The notes: a model not told the origin generated them from the letters alone. Positions 40,344 to 54,504 are shown, counted from the first letter of the stretch. The stretch: 64,000 nt of DNA from Escherichia coli (GCF_009931435.1 NZ_CP043414.1); one strand, 5' to 3'. Translations and numbers: made by a program.

Positions 40344-40369
40344 ATTGCGTGCAGATGATGAGGTGCGAA

Positions 40370-40645
40370 ATGCCCAGTACTCCGGAAGAGAAGAAAAAGG
40401 TCCTTACTCGAGTTCGTCGTATTCGGGGGCAAATTGATGCTCTGGAACGGTCGCTGGAGGGTGATGCCGAATGCCGTGCCATACTCCAACAGATCGCTGC
40501 CGTTCGGGGCGCGGCTAACGGGCTGATGGCAGAAGTGCTTGAAAGCCATATCCGGGAAACGTTTGACCGAAATGACTGCTACAGCCGCGAAGTCAGCCAA
40601 TCCGTTGACGACACTATTGAACTGGTTCGTGCCTATCTTAAATAG
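40370..40645 (+). CDS. frmR: Formaldehyde-responsive repressor FrmR (CsoR/RcnR family)
   Basis: ATG at 40370 (RBS GAGG) gives [48 protein letters not shown]... (91 aa). Confidence 0.9.
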
Positions 40646-40649
40646 CTGA

Positions 40650-41789
<1,140 letters not shown>

Positions 41790-41881
41790 TTTCCCGCTGA
41801 TTTCGCCCCGTCCAGTTCAGACGGGGTTCTCAATACCGTCCCCGGGCAGCCGTCCGGGGATTAACCATGAGATAATGACTG

Positions 41882-42715
41882 ATGGAACTCATTGAAAAAC
41901 ATGCCAGCTTTGGCGGCTGGCAAAATGTGTATCGGCATTATTCCCAATCACTGAAATGTGAAATGAATGTCGGTGTCTATCTCCCGCCAAAAGCCGGGAA
42001 TGAAAAATTGCCGGTACTGTACTGGCTTTCGGGCCTGACCTGTAACGAGCAGAATTTCATTACTAAATCGGGGATGCAACGTTACGCGGCTGAGCACAAC
42101 ATTATTGTTGTTGCGCCAGACACCAGTCCGCGAGGCAGTCATGTCGCAGATGCCGACCGTTACGATCTCGGACAAGGTGCCGGGTTTTACCTGAACGCAA
42201 CGCAAGCGCCGTGGAATGAACATTACAAAATGTATGATTATATCCACAACGAGCTGCCGGATTTAGTGATGCAACATTTTCCGGCAACGACCAGAAAGTC
42301 TATCTCAGGTCATTCTATGGGCGGGCTGGGCGCGCTGGTGCTGGCGTTACGTAACCCAGATGAATATGTCAGCGTCTCGGCGTTTTCGCCCATTGTCTCC
42401 CCATCGCAAGTACCGTGGGGACAGCAAGCCTTTGCCGCGTATCTTGGTGAAAATAAAGATGCCTGGTTGGATTACGATCCGGTGAGCCTTATTTCACAAG
42501 GTCAACGCGTTGCGGAAATCATGGTTGATCAGGGATTGAGTGATGATTTTTACGCAGAACAGCTGCGGACTCCAAATCTTGAAAAGATCTGCCAGCAGAT
42601 GAATATCAAAACGTTAATCCGTTATCACGAGGGTTATGATCACAGCTATTATTTTGTCTCCAGTTTTATTGGCGAGCATATTGCCTACCACGCCAATAAA
42701 CTGAATATGCGTTGA
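41882..42715 (+). CDS. frmB: S-formylglutathione hydrolase FrmB (esterase D family)
   Basis: 277 aa, MELIEKHASFGGWQNVYRHYSQSLKCEMNVGVYLPP...; GHSMGG serine nucleophile motif. Confidence 0.93.
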   Translation: MELIEKHASFGGWQNVYRHYSQSLKCEMNVGVYLPPKAGNEKLPVLYWLSGLTCNEQNFITKSGMQRYAAEHNIIVVAPDTSPRGSHVADADRYDLGQGAGFYLNATQAPWNEHYKMYDYIHNELPDLVMQHFPATTRKSISGHSMGGLGALVLALRNPDEYVSVSAFSPIVSPSQVPWGQQAFAAYLGENKDAWLDYDPVSLISQGQRVAEIMVDQGLSDDFYAEQLRTPNLEKICQQMNIKTLIRYHEGYDHSYYFVSSFIGEHIAYHANKLNMR

Positions 42716-43030
42716 GCATCCGCGCACGCCAGCCGGATGCGGCGTGAACGCCTTATCCGCCTACATTTCGCCCATAAACCGTAGGCATGATAAGACGCGC
42801 ATAGCGTCGCATCAGGCATCTGCGCACAACTGCCGGATGCGGCGTGAACGCCTTATCCGGCCTACATTTCGCCCATGAGCCGTAGGCATGATAAGACGCG
42901 CATAGCGTCGCATCAGGCATCTGCGCACAACTGCCGGATGCGGCGTGAACGCCTTATCCGGCCTACATTTCGCCCATGAGCCGTAGGTATGATAAGACGC
43001 GTCAGCGTCGCATCAGGCATCTGCGCACGA
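42716..43030. repeat. Tandem BIME/REP array, about 3 copies of a ~100-bp unit
   Basis: The unit ...GCCGGATGCGGCGTGAACGCCTTATCCGGCCTACATTTCGCCCATGAGCCGTAGGCATGATAAGACGCGCATAGCGTCGCATCAGGCATCTGCGCACAACT... recurs at about 42731, 42831 and 42931. Confidence 0.85.
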
Positions 43031-43041
43031 CTTATCTATGT

Positions 43042-43581
43042 TTACCACATCAAATCATCAGGCACTTTAAAGTCGGCATACGGATCGTCTTCATCCTGCT
43101 CTTCGGCGCTGAGCGCGCTGTGCAACACAATACTGCTGGCATCACGCTGAGCAATTTTATCGGCAACGCTGGCGGGAATAATGGCGTATTCACCTTCGCT
43201 ATTGTTATCGACCAACAAGCGGGCAATCGCCAGACGACCATTAATCAACTGCGTTTGTGTGAGCTTATCGACAAAAATCTTCTTAATCAGATTGCCATCG
43301 GTAAAGTTAAAACCGATATCGCCATTGGCAATGGTGATCCGGTTCATTTCAATAAGCTGCTTCACCTGAGCTTTATATTCTTTCGCCAGTGCCGCTTGTT
43401 TTTGCTGCTCGCTAAGCTGTTTATCACGCTCAAGCTGTGCCTTTTTATTTTCTTCTACCGCCGCCCGAGCTTCACGCGCCTGAACGCGCGATTTTTTCGC
43501 CGTTCTCTCGACCTTCGCCGCTTTTTTGCTGGTGACTAATCCTGCTTTGAGCAACTGCTCTTGTAAGGTAAGTTTTGCCAT
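43042..43581 (-). CDS. yaiL: DUF2058-type nucleoprotein/polynucleotide-associated protein YaiL
   Basis: ATG at 43581 gives MAKLTLQEQLLKAGLVTSKKAAKVERTAKKSRVQAREARAAVEENKK... (179 aa, Lys/Glu-rich N-terminus). Confidence 0.8.
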   Translation of the reverse strand: MAKLTLQEQLLKAGLVTSKKAAKVERTAKKSRVQAREARAAVEENKKAQLERDKQLSEQQKQAALAKEYKAQVKQLIEMNRITIANGDIGFNFTDGNLIKKIFVDKLTQTQLINGRLAIARLLVDNNSEGEYAIIPASVADKIAQRDASSIVLHSALSAEEQDEDDPYADFKVPDDLMW

Positions 43582-43683
43582 CTTTGTTTCCAAACCCGCT
43601 GAATAATTTTTAGCGAGTATACCTGTAAACGCCGTGGGTGTATTGGGGGGCAAGTCCCTTTCGCCCCGGCTTAATAAGGCGCG

Positions 43684-44895
43684 TCAGGCATCAGCGCACG
43701 GCTGCATTCGGGATTTTCGACTCATCAAAATAAACACCGCTAATCCAGCAACAAGAATACCCGGCGCAGATGCGGCCATTACGCCAACCGTGCCAGTGCC
43801 TAATGCCAGCATTTTCCCTGCCAGCAACGGGCCGCTCATGGCACCCAGACGCCCAATCGCCACGGCGGTTCCCACGCCGGTTGCGCGGATCTGCGAACTG
43901 TAAAACAACGGAGCCAATGCATACAAAACGCTTTGCCCACCTGTTGCAAACAACCCTGCGACGAATCCCGCCAGCAACATACCGTTAAATGATGACACCG
44001 TTCCCAGCGCTAACAGCGAAGCTAACATACCGCTATAAATCAGTAGCGACATGGTCATTGGACGCAGTTTATCCATCAAGGCGCCCAATATTAACGTCCC
44101 GCTTGCCGCCCCCATTTGTAGTGCAAACATCACCCCTGCCGCCTGCGATGGCTGGAATCCTTGTTCCACTAAAAGCAGCGGTAGCCAGTTGATCAACATG
44201 TAGACCACCAGCAAAGTGAAGAAATAACACAACCACAGCAGCAGCGTTGCGGTTGCCGTTTCTGGCGCAAATAACGCACGCAGTGGAGGCGCGGCCTGTT
44301 TTTCGCCAGCGAACACCGCCGACTCCGGCAGCCAGTGCATTAATAGCGGCACCAGAATCAGCGGCACTACACCACCGACCCAAAACACCGTTTGCCAGGC
44401 TAAGTTTGCCCCTGCAAAACCCAGTGTCGCCGCCAGCGCCGCGCCAATGGGAACCCCGCAATACATCAGGCTCACCGCCGTTCCACGAAAACGTGGCCCC
44501 GCCGCTTCAGACGTCAGGGCGATAAGATTCGGCAACGCCGCCCCCAGCCCGACACCGGTCATCAGCCGCGCAAAGACCAGTGAGGGGAAATCCCAGGCAA
44601 TAGCCGTTGCCAGCGAGAACAAACCAAACAGCGCAACTGAACCAATCAAAATGCGTTTACGACCATAACGGTCCGCCAGCATTCCGCCAACCAGCGCGCC
44701 GGGTAGCAAACCGAGTATTCCGGCACTGAATATCCAGCCCATTTGCATTTTATCGAGTGCAAAAGCCTGGGCGATGCCACCCGCCGCAATGCCAGCCGCC
44801 TGAAGATCCAGTCCTTCCATCAGAGCGACTAAAAAACAAAGCCCGATGGTCAGCATCAGGCGGGATGAAGATGATGAAGGGGTACGAGTCGACAT
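43684..44895 (-). CDS. mhpT: 3-(3-hydroxyphenyl)propionate transporter MhpT (MFS)
   Basis: ATG at 44895 gives MSTRTPSSSSSRLMLTIGLCFLVALMEGLDLQAAG... (403 aa). Confidence 0.85.
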   Translation of the reverse strand: MSTRTPSSSSSRLMLTIGLCFLVALMEGLDLQAAGIAAGGIAQAFALDKMQMGWIFSAGILGLLPGALVGGMLADRYGRKRILIGSVALFGLFSLATAIAWDFPSLVFARLMTGVGLGAALPNLIALTSEAAGPRFRGTAVSLMYCGVPIGAALAATLGFAGANLAWQTVFWVGGVVPLILVPLLMHWLPESAVFAGEKQAAPPLRALFAPETATATLLLWLCYFFTLLVVYMLINWLPLLLVEQGFQPSQAAGVMFALQMGAASGTLILGALMDKLRPMTMSLLIYSGMLASLLALGTVSSFNGMLLAGFVAGLFATGGQSVLYALAPLFYSSQIRATGVGTAVAIGRLGAMSGPLLAGKMLALGTGTVGVMAASAPGILVAGLAVFILMSRKSRMQPCADA

Positions 44896-44959
44896 AAGAT
44901 GAACCTCGTTGCGAATGCAGGTGAATCGCGGCTGATACATTGCCAGCCGCGTAATCAAA

Positions 44960-45295
<336 letters not shown>

Positions 45296-45303
45296 GTCAG
45301 CAG

Positions 45304-46319
45304 TCAACATGATTTGTTGTTGCACAGATCCAGCGCCACGTCGACGATCATATCCTCCTGGCCGCCGACCATCCGGCGTTTACCCAGCTCAACGAGAATA
45401 TCCACCGCGCTTAAACCATAACGCGCCGCCGCCGTTTCACAGTGACGCAAAAAGCTTGAGTAAACACCAGCGTATCCCAGCGCCAGCGTTTCGCGGTCGA
45501 CACGTACCGGACGATCCTGCAACGGACGCACCAGGTCGTCAGCAGCATCCATTAACGCATAGAGATCGGTCCCATGCTGCCAGCCCAGTTTATCCGCGGC
45601 GGCAATAAACACTTCCAGCGGTGCGTTACCTGCACCCGCGCCCATCCCCGCGAGGCTAGCGTCGATGCGGTCACAGCCCTCTTCCACCGCCGCGATAGAG
45701 TTCGCCACGCCAAGACTCAGGTTATGGTGAGCATGCATGCCAGTTTGCGTTTCCGGTTTCAGCACCGCTTTCAGGGCGCGGAAACGGTCGCGGATATCGC
45801 TCATGTTCATCGCACCGCCAGAATCCACCACATAAATACAGGTCGCACCGTAGCCTTCCATCAGCTTTGCCTGCTTTGCGAGATTCTCCGGCGTGGTCAT
45901 GTGGCTCATCATCAGAAAGCCAACGGTATCCATTCCGAGTTCGCGGGCATACTGAATATGCTGAGCGGAAACATCAGCTTCGGTGCAGTGCGTAGCCACA
46001 CGAACCACCCGCGCGCCAGCCTGCCAGGCATTTTTCAAATCGTGAATAGTGCCGATTCCTGGCAGCAACAACGTCGCGATTTTGGCGTGCTTCACCACAT
46101 CCGCCGCCGCTTCAATCCATTCAAGGTCGCTATGTGCGCCGAAACCATAGTTAAAGCTGGAACCCTGCAAACCATCGCCATGGGCCACTTCAATCGAATC
46201 CACGCGGGCATCATCCAGTGCTTTGGCAATCTGGCGGACATTTTCAAGTGAATACTGATGACGAATGGCGTGCATACCGTCACGCAACGTGACGTCTGAA
46301 ATATAAAGTTTTTTACCGT

Positions 46320-46323
<4 letters not shown>
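45304..46323 (-). CDS. mhpE: 4-hydroxy-2-oxovalerate aldolase MhpE
   Basis: 339-aa [40 protein letters not shown]... Confidence 0.95.
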
Positions 46324-48085
<1,762 letters not shown>

Positions 48086-48952
48086 TTAAGGACGTGCGAG
48101 GAAATTCAGCACCAGTTGATTGAAAGCGTCGGCATGTTCCCACTGCGCCCAGTGACCACAGTCGCGGAAGATATGCAGCTCAGAACCGGCGATGCCAGAA
48201 AGCAGACGCAGCCCTGCGTCCATCGGCACAAAACGGTCATTACGCCCCCAGACAATCAGAGTTTGCGCTTTGATTTCCGCCAGACGTGGGCCAAAATCCG
48301 GGAACTGTTTCGGATTGGCTTCCAGGCTCTTAACGAAGTTTTCCAGGTGATCGCGGCGCGACAGCATATTATTCAGGCGCGCTTCAAACAGGGCGTCGGT
48401 CAAATCGCTGGTATCGAAAACGAAGATATCCATCATCAGCTTCAGATTTTCGATAGTCGGCTGGCGATAAAGCTGATTCAGTCGCTTAATGCCTTCAGTT
48501 GGCATCGGCGTAAACAAACTCATGCCACCTGTACCGCCGCCCATCAGCACCAGTTTGCCGACGCGCTCCGGCCAGTTAAGGGTGAACGCCACAGAACTGT
48601 GACCGCCCATCGAGTTGCCCAGCAGGTGGATTTTGGCGATATCCAGTTGATCCACCACGCTTTTCAGGATGCGCGCATTGAGATCCGATCGCGAACCACT
48701 GTTAACGATCGAATCGCTCTTTCCCCAACCAGGACAATCCAGCAGGATCACCCGATAGCCAGCTTCTACCAGCGGATCGATATTGCGGCTGAAGTTCGCC
48801 CAGCCCGTAGCCCCCGGGCCGGAGCCGTGCAGCAGGACAACGGTTTCGTCGCCTTGACCGCAGTCATTAAAATGGATGCGCAGCGTTTTACCCGCTTCTT
48901 CTACATTCAGAAAACGGCTGGTGGCGGCTTCGGTTTGTGGCTGATAACTCAT
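48086..48952 (-). CDS. mhpC: 2-hydroxy-6-ketonona-2,4-dienedioate hydrolase MhpC (alpha/beta hydrolase)
   Basis: [28 protein letters not shown]...; GNSMGG nucleophile elbow. Start ambiguous: alternative in-frame starts at 48955, 48967 and 49015. Confidence 0.88.
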
Positions 48953-48969
48953 CATCTTCTCCTGCATAT

Positions 48970-49914
48970 TCAGTTCTCTGTTCTGGCGCTTAACGAGCCA
49001 AATCCGGCAATCCACTCCGGGATCGGGCGGTAATAACGCCCTTCGCTACGCCAGTTGCCAAACGCAGAAATAGCGGCAAAAGCAGCGACCCAGGTTTTGA
49101 TTTCATGTGTCGACTTTCCTGCAATGGCGGAAAGCTCTTCGTTACTGACGGCATCCAGTTCCTGTATGCGTCCCTGCTCCAGCAAAGACATGAACTGGTT
49201 ATCCCAAATCGGGTTGAGCGGATGCAGAGTTCTCTGATCCTCAACAAACCTCTCAGCGGCGCTAATCACCCGTTGCTGGCGCATTTCGCGCTCATTGGCG
49301 GGCAAATCTTTCCCGCTACCCAACAGACGATCGCGCATATGGGCATCCGCTTTCGCCAGTTCTGGCACTGGCGGCTGATGGGAAAGCCCACCGGAACCCA
49401 GGAACAGCACGCGCTTATTCAGCGTGCTGGTGAAACGTCCAATGGCTTCACCCAACATGCGGGTACGCTGAAAACCAGGTAGCGGCGTGGCGACACCGTT
49501 GATGAATACAGGCAGGACCGGCACCTTATCCAGCCCACCGAGCAAGAACTCCAGCGGCTGGGCGAACCCATGATCCACCTGCATACAGTAAGAAACGGCA
49601 AGATCAATCCCGCTCTTCATGACGGCATGCGCACAAGCCTCCGCCAACTCCACAGGCACGGGCAGCTCTCCTGCCGCACTGCCGAAATCACCAATTGCCG
49701 TCGCTCCAACGCCTAAACAGAACGGTGGCATCACGTCATAGAAAAAGCCGTTGTAATGATCTGGCGCAAACAGCACCACCAGTTCAGGGGAGAAGGCCGC
49801 AATACGCTCGCGGGCACTGGCAATCACGCCATTGACCTCATCAAGTATCTCTTGCGCCGGGTCGACATACCCTACCAGCGGCGAGTGGGAAAGACAGTGA
49901 AGATAAGCGTGCAT
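48970..49914 (-). CDS. mhpB: 3-(2,3-dihydroxyphenyl)propionate 1,2-dioxygenase MhpB (extradiol)
   Basis: 314 aa, [30 protein letters not shown]... Confidence 0.93.
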
Positions 49915-49915
49915 A

Positions 49916-51580
49916 TCAGGCTACCTTTTCGACAGAAACGTCGACATCAGGGCGGTTGAGTGTCATCACGGACGCCAGTTTATTCAGCGTATTACCCAGA
50001 GTTTGCGGAATGGCGATGGCGGCAACAAAGCGATCCGGGCGCATCACCACTAGCGAAGCATTATGTTGTGCGAACCAGCTACGCAGGCGACCTTGCGTAT
50101 CGCCCACGCGCAGCACGCCGTCGTGGTTATCCTGCGCGGTATGAATTTGCACATCCGGCACCACCTGAATGAAGCAAGTACCCAGCGCGCGCCATTGCTG
50201 GATTTGCTCATCGCTCATCCCCCACAGTGGATTGCATCCCCAGCCAATTACCGCGAAGTTCGCGCCGATCGCGTTATCGAGCAACGTCACGTCGCCGTTT
50301 TCCAGCGTAACTTTCGGCTGAATAAACATCTTGCCGACCGGAGAGTGTTTCGCTTCGCCTTCACGCACCAGCGCACCGGCGTAATATTGCGGCATCGGCT
50401 TGAAGCGCATTTCGAGAAAGTAGCGTTTTACTGGCGGCAGATAATTCAGCAGCCAGGAAACACCGTCACGTAACGTACCCTGCCAGCGTTTCGGCGGAGC
50501 CAGTACGTTGCCCGCCGTCACCGACAGATCAATCATCGCTTTGGCGTGATCGCGACGTTCTTGTTGATAGGTATCGAGCAGCGCATCGCGAGCTTTCCCC
50601 TGGATAACCAACGCCAGTTTCCAGGCGAGGTTAAAGGCGTCGCGCATACCACTGTTATAGCCCTGCCCCTGCCACACCGGCATGATATGTGCGGCATCGC
50701 CCGCCAGCAGTACGCGGTCAATACGAAAACGTTGTGCCAGTCGCGCGTTGTGGGTGTAGACACGCTGACGAATCAACTCGACGTTGTCCGGATTAGGCAG
50801 CACTTTGCTTAACAGTTTGCGCATATTTTGCGGCTCGCGGAGCTGTTCTTCGGTTTCGCCCGGCATCACCATAAATTCAAAGCGACGTACCGCATGAGGC
50901 AGAGCTGCAGAAACATACGGGCGCACCGGATCGCAACACAAATAGATATGCGGCGTACTTAACGGATCGTTGGCGATATCCACCACAATCCACTGATTTG
51001 GTGCGGTTTTACCTTCAAACGGCACATTCAGGGTGCGCCGGACAAAACTTGCTCCACCGTCACAGGCTACCAGCCACTGGGCTTTGACCGTTTCCCGCTG
51101 CCCTTCTGCCGTTTTCAGATACAAGGTCACTTCGTCATCTTGCTGGCTGAAGGCCTCCAGCTCGCGGGAAAACAGGCAGCGCACATTCGGAAACCGCGAC
51201 AACCCTTCCAGCATCACCGCATCGACCTGCGGCTGAATAAAGGCGTTACGACGCGGCCAGCCAAATTCATCGGTCATTGGCTGAATATCAGCAAAACAGC
51301 GGCCTTTTGGGGTAAGAAAACGCATCGCATGCCACGGCGTAGTGTGCGGCAGAACATTATCGACAAGGCCAACCGACTGCATGGTGCGCAGCGCCTCGTC
51401 ATCAATTCCAATCGCGCGTGGATAGTCGATCAACTTATCGAGTTTCTCCACCACCAGCACGTCAATGCCCATCTGGCCGAGATAGTTCGCCATCATCAGC
51501 CCGACCGGACCGGCACCAGCGATCGCCACCTGAACGCAATGGTTAACAGCAGGCTGGATGTCAGGGTGTTGTATTGCCAT
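49916..51580 (-). CDS. mhpA: 3-(3-hydroxyphenyl)propionate hydroxylase MhpA (FAD monooxygenase)
   Basis: 554 aa, [39 protein letters not shown]... (FAD-binding GxGxxG). Confidence 0.93.
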   Translation of the reverse strand: MAIQHPDIQPAVNHCVQVAIAGAGPVGLMMANYLGQMGIDVLVVEKLDKLIDYPRAIGIDDEALRTMQSVGLVDNVLPHTTPWHAMRFLTPKGRCFADIQPMTDEFGWPRRNAFIQPQVDAVMLEGLSRFPNVRCLFSRELEAFSQQDDEVTLYLKTAEGQRETVKAQWLVACDGGASFVRRTLNVPFEGKTAPNQWIVVDIANDPLSTPHIYLCCDPVRPYVSAALPHAVRRFEFMVMPGETEEQLREPQNMRKLLSKVLPNPDNVELIRQRVYTHNARLAQRFRIDRVLLAGDAAHIMPVWQGQGYNSGMRDAFNLAWKLALVIQGKARDALLDTYQQERRDHAKAMIDLSVTAGNVLAPPKRWQGTLRDGVSWLLNYLPPVKRYFLEMRFKPMPQYYAGALVREGEAKHSPVGKMFIQPKVTLENGDVTLLDNAIGANFAVIGWGCNPLWGMSDEQIQQWRALGTCFIQVVPDVQIHTAQDNHDGVLRVGDTQGRLRSWFAQHNASLVVMRPDRFVAAIAIPQTLGNTLNKLASVMTLNRPDVDVSVEKVA

Positions 51581-51770
51581 TTCAGTACCTCACGACTCGG
51601 ACAAAATGCCGTTGCGCGCACAGTTCTACGCAACTTATTTTGTTAAAAACATGTAAATGATTTTTTATTGTGCGCTCAGTATAGGAAGGGTGTTTTCGGC
51701 TACAATCAAAACATGCCTGAGTGTGCACCAAGTGCACAACGTTGTTTTAACTATAGAAATGTCAATTAAT
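51581..51770. promoter_or_regulatory. Divergent mhpR / mhpA promoter-operator region
   Basis: 190-bp spacer between divergent mhpA (-) and mhpR (+) starts; individual MhpR/CRP sites not resolved by eye. Confidence 0.5.
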
Positions 51771-52604
51771 ATGCAGAAAGATGAGCAGACGGAATACAAA
51801 ACCGTGCGCGGCTTAACCCGCGGTCTAATGTTATTAAATATGTTAAATAAACTCGATGGCGGTGCCAGCGTCGGGCTGCTGGCGGAGCTCAGCGGCCTGC
51901 ATCGCACCACTGTGCGGCGACTGCTGGAAACGCTGCAGGAAGAGGGATATGTCCGGCGCAGTACCTCCGATGACAGTTTTCGTCTGACCATCAAAGTGCG
52001 GCAATTAAGCGAAGGATTTCGTGACGAACAATGGATTTCTGCACTGGCAGCCCCGCTGCTGGGCGATCTGTTGCGCGAAGTGGTATGGCCGACAGATGTG
52101 TCCACGCTGGATGTTGATGCAATGGTGGTACGCGAAACCACCCACCGTTTCAGCCGTTTATCTTTTCACCGGGCAATGGTCGGACGGCGTTTACCGCTCC
52201 TGAAAACCGCCTCGGGCCTGACCTGGCTGGCCTTTTGCCCGGAACAAGAACGCAAGGAGTTAATCGAAATGTTAGCCGCCCGTCCCGGTGATGACTATCA
52301 GCTGGCACGGGAGCCGTTAAAGCTGGAAGCCATTCTGGCGCGCGCACGCAAAGAGGGTTACGGACAGAACTACCGTGGCTGGGATCAGGAAGAGAAGATC
52401 GCCTCCATTGCCGTGCCCCTACGCAGTGAACAACGGGTGATTGGCTGTCTGAATCTGGTGTATATGGCAAGCGCAATGACCATCGAACAGGCAGCGGAAA
52501 AGCATCTTCCGGCGCTACAACGGGTAGCAAAACAGATCGAAGAAGGGGTTGAATCGCAGGCTATTCTGGTGGCCGGACGGCGAAGCGGCGTGCATTTACG
52601 CTAG
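51771..52604 (+). CDS. mhpR: IclR-family transcriptional activator MhpR
   Basis: ATG at 51771 gives MQKDEQTEYKTVRGLTRGLMLLNMLNKLDGGASVGLLAELSGLHRTTVRRLLETL... (277 aa); the track ORF starts at 51657. Confidence 0.9.
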   Translation: MQKDEQTEYKTVRGLTRGLMLLNMLNKLDGGASVGLLAELSGLHRTTVRRLLETLQEEGYVRRSTSDDSFRLTIKVRQLSEGFRDEQWISALAAPLLGDLLREVVWPTDVSTLDVDAMVVRETTHRFSRLSFHRAMVGRRLPLLKTASGLTWLAFCPEQERKELIEMLAARPGDDYQLAREPLKLEAILARARKEGYGQNYRGWDQEEKIASIAVPLRSEQRVIGCLNLVYMASAMTIEQAAEKHLPALQRVAKQIEEGVESQAILVAGRRSGVHLR

Positions 52605-52718
52605 TTGCGCCAATGTGTAATTTGGCCCATTCTCATCGTTATTCGCCCATTTGCCCACATGCACAGTACGGGCTGCACGCTACGCTAATGCCATCAATAC
52701 TGTGATGTGGAGCAAATC

Positions 52719-53495
52719 ATGAAAATTACTCAAATTCGTAATGCCACCCAAATTATCCAATACGCTGGCAAAACATTTCTTATTGACCCGTTACTCGCGC
52801 CTAAAGGAAGTTATCCGGGTTTTGCCGGAACGGCACGCGCAGAAATCCGCAATCCAACGGTAGAATTACCGTGCGATTTAACAACGTTACTCAACGTTGA
52901 CGCCCTAATAGTGACCCATTTGCATGAAGATCACTGGGACGAAACAGCCTCCCGCGTCGTCCCCAAAGATAAACGGATTTATGTGCAAAATGAGCAAGAT
53001 GCTGAATCACTGCATAAACAAGGATTTACGCATCTTACCGTACTTGCCGACGAGACTAAATTTGGCGATATTACTCTGCATAAAACGACAGGGCAGCACG
53101 GCTCCGATCACACCTATGCAGACCCGGCTATGGCGAAGCGTTTAGGCGCAGCCTGCGGCGTTGTTTTCCAGCACCCGACAGAGAAAACGCTCTATCTGGC
53201 TGGCGATACCCTCTGGCGTGATGACGTCGAGGCTACAATGCTAACTTTCCAACCAGAAGTGGTGGTGTTGAATGCCGGATTTGCGCATGTTCTGGGGCAT
53301 GGCGCGATAATTATGGGAGCTGAAGATATTCTCAAAACACATTTTACCCTGCCAGAAGCGCAAATTGTCGCGACACATATGGAGGCCGTAAACCACTGTT
53401 TGCTGACGCGTGATGCGCTCAAGGAATACGCCAGAGATAATCAAATTATCGAATTTGTGAACGTACCAGAAGATGGTGAAACGTTGACATTCTAA
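52719..53495 (+). CDS. Metallo-beta-lactamase-fold hydrolase, uncharacterised (258 aa)
   Basis: ATG at 52719 preceded by GGAG; MKITQIRNATQIIQYAGKTFLIDPLL... with the MBL metal-binding signature THLHEDHWDE (HxHxDH) and downstream His/Asp residues. Not part of the K-12 mhpR-lacI junction as I recall it. Confidence 0.7.
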   Translation: MKITQIRNATQIIQYAGKTFLIDPLLAPKGSYPGFAGTARAEIRNPTVELPCDLTTLLNVDALIVTHLHEDHWDETASRVVPKDKRIYVQNEQDAESLHKQGFTHLTVLADETKFGDITLHKTTGQHGSDHTYADPAMAKRLGAACGVVFQHPTEKTLYLAGDTLWRDDVEATMLTFQPEVVVLNAGFAHVLGHGAIIMGAEDILKTHFTLPEAQIVATHMEAVNHCLLTRDALKEYARDNQIIEFVNVPEDGETLTF

Positions 53496-53514
53496 TTCGG
53501 AGATAAAGAGTGTT

Positions 53515-54468
53515 ATGCGCCCGCTAACTGTTGCCATTATCGCCGTTGCCGGTTTTAGTCCTTTTCACCTTTCCGTACCGTTTATCGTGTTTAGCGAAAA
53601 AATGGCGGAGAAAAAACGCTTTCATGTAATTATCTGCGCTGAAAAGCCGGGAAACGTGGACTCTGCCGATGGGTTTTCCGTAACCGCCACCCATGACTAT
53701 ACGGCAGTCATCCAGGCGGATATTGTGATAATTCCTTACTGGGGAACAATTACACAAAAACCGCCACAAAAACTGCTGGAAGCCTTAACGACCGCACGAG
53801 ATAACGGGGCACAGATTGTCGGGCTTTGCCTGGGCACGTTTGTGCTCGGCTATGCAGGTTTACTGAACAATAAGCGTGCTGCCACGCACTGGGAGTTCGA
53901 GCGTGAATTTCAGGCACGTTTTCCACAAACACATCTGGATATTAACGCGTTGTATGTAGACGATGATGGCATTATTACCTCTGCCGGTACTGCCGCGGCG
54001 CTGGATTGCTGTTTGTATATTGTTCGGCAACATTTTGGCAGCGACTATGCTAACCATATTGCCCGACGGATGGTCGTACCGCCATATCGCACCGGCGGTC
54101 AGGCGCAGTTTATAGAGCAACCGGTGCCGAAAAATACCCATGATGAACGCATTAACCTCCTGCTGGATTACCTGCGGCAAAACATTGCGCAACAGCATGA
54201 TCTCGACTCGCTGGCTCAGCGAGTAATGATGAGTCGCCGCACACTAACCCGTCATTTTATGAAAGCGACCGGTTCGAGTATCGCCGAATGGCTCATCACT
54301 GAACGCTTACGCCGTAGCCAGGAACTGTTGGGATCCAGTCAGTTGCCCGTTGAGCGGATAGCGGCTGAGGTGGGTTTTCTCTCACCTGTGACCTGGCGTC
54401 AGCATTTTAAATCTCACTTCGGCGTCAGCCCCGCAGAATGGCGCAAAACCTTTCGTGGTATGGCATGA
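53515..54468 (+). CDS. GlxA/GbdR-type transcriptional regulator (DJ-1/PfpI-like domain plus AraC-type HTH)
   Basis: 317 aa; N-terminal DJ-1/PfpI-like region (IVGLCLGTFVLGYAGLL), C-terminal AraC-type HTH (LDSLAQRVMMSRRTLTRHF...IAAEVGFLSPVTWRQHFKSHFGVSPAEWRK). Starts 19 bp after the MBL gene, same strand. Confidence 0.75.
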   Translation: MRPLTVAIIAVAGFSPFHLSVPFIVFSEKMAEKKRFHVIICAEKPGNVDSADGFSVTATHDYTAVIQADIVIIPYWGTITQKPPQKLLEALTTARDNGAQIVGLCLGTFVLGYAGLLNNKRAATHWEFEREFQARFPQTHLDINALYVDDDGIITSAGTAAALDCCLYIVRQHFGSDYANHIARRMVVPPYRTGGQAQFIEQPVPKNTHDERINLLLDYLRQNIAQQHDLDSLAQRVMMSRRTLTRHFMKATGSSIAEWLITERLRRSQELLGSSQLPVERIAAEVGFLSPVTWRQHFKSHFGVSPAEWRKTFRGMA

Positions 54469-54504
54469 TAGCGCCCGGAAGAAAGTCAATTCAGGGTGGT
54501 GAAT

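Noticed and set aside
42716-43030. Possible CRISPR array (regularly spaced repeats)
   Set aside because: The repeat unit is about 100 bp with no unique spacers, the whole unit is repeated rather than a short repeat alternating with variable spacers, and the units contain canonical REP palindromes. This is a BIME array; no cas genes are nearby.
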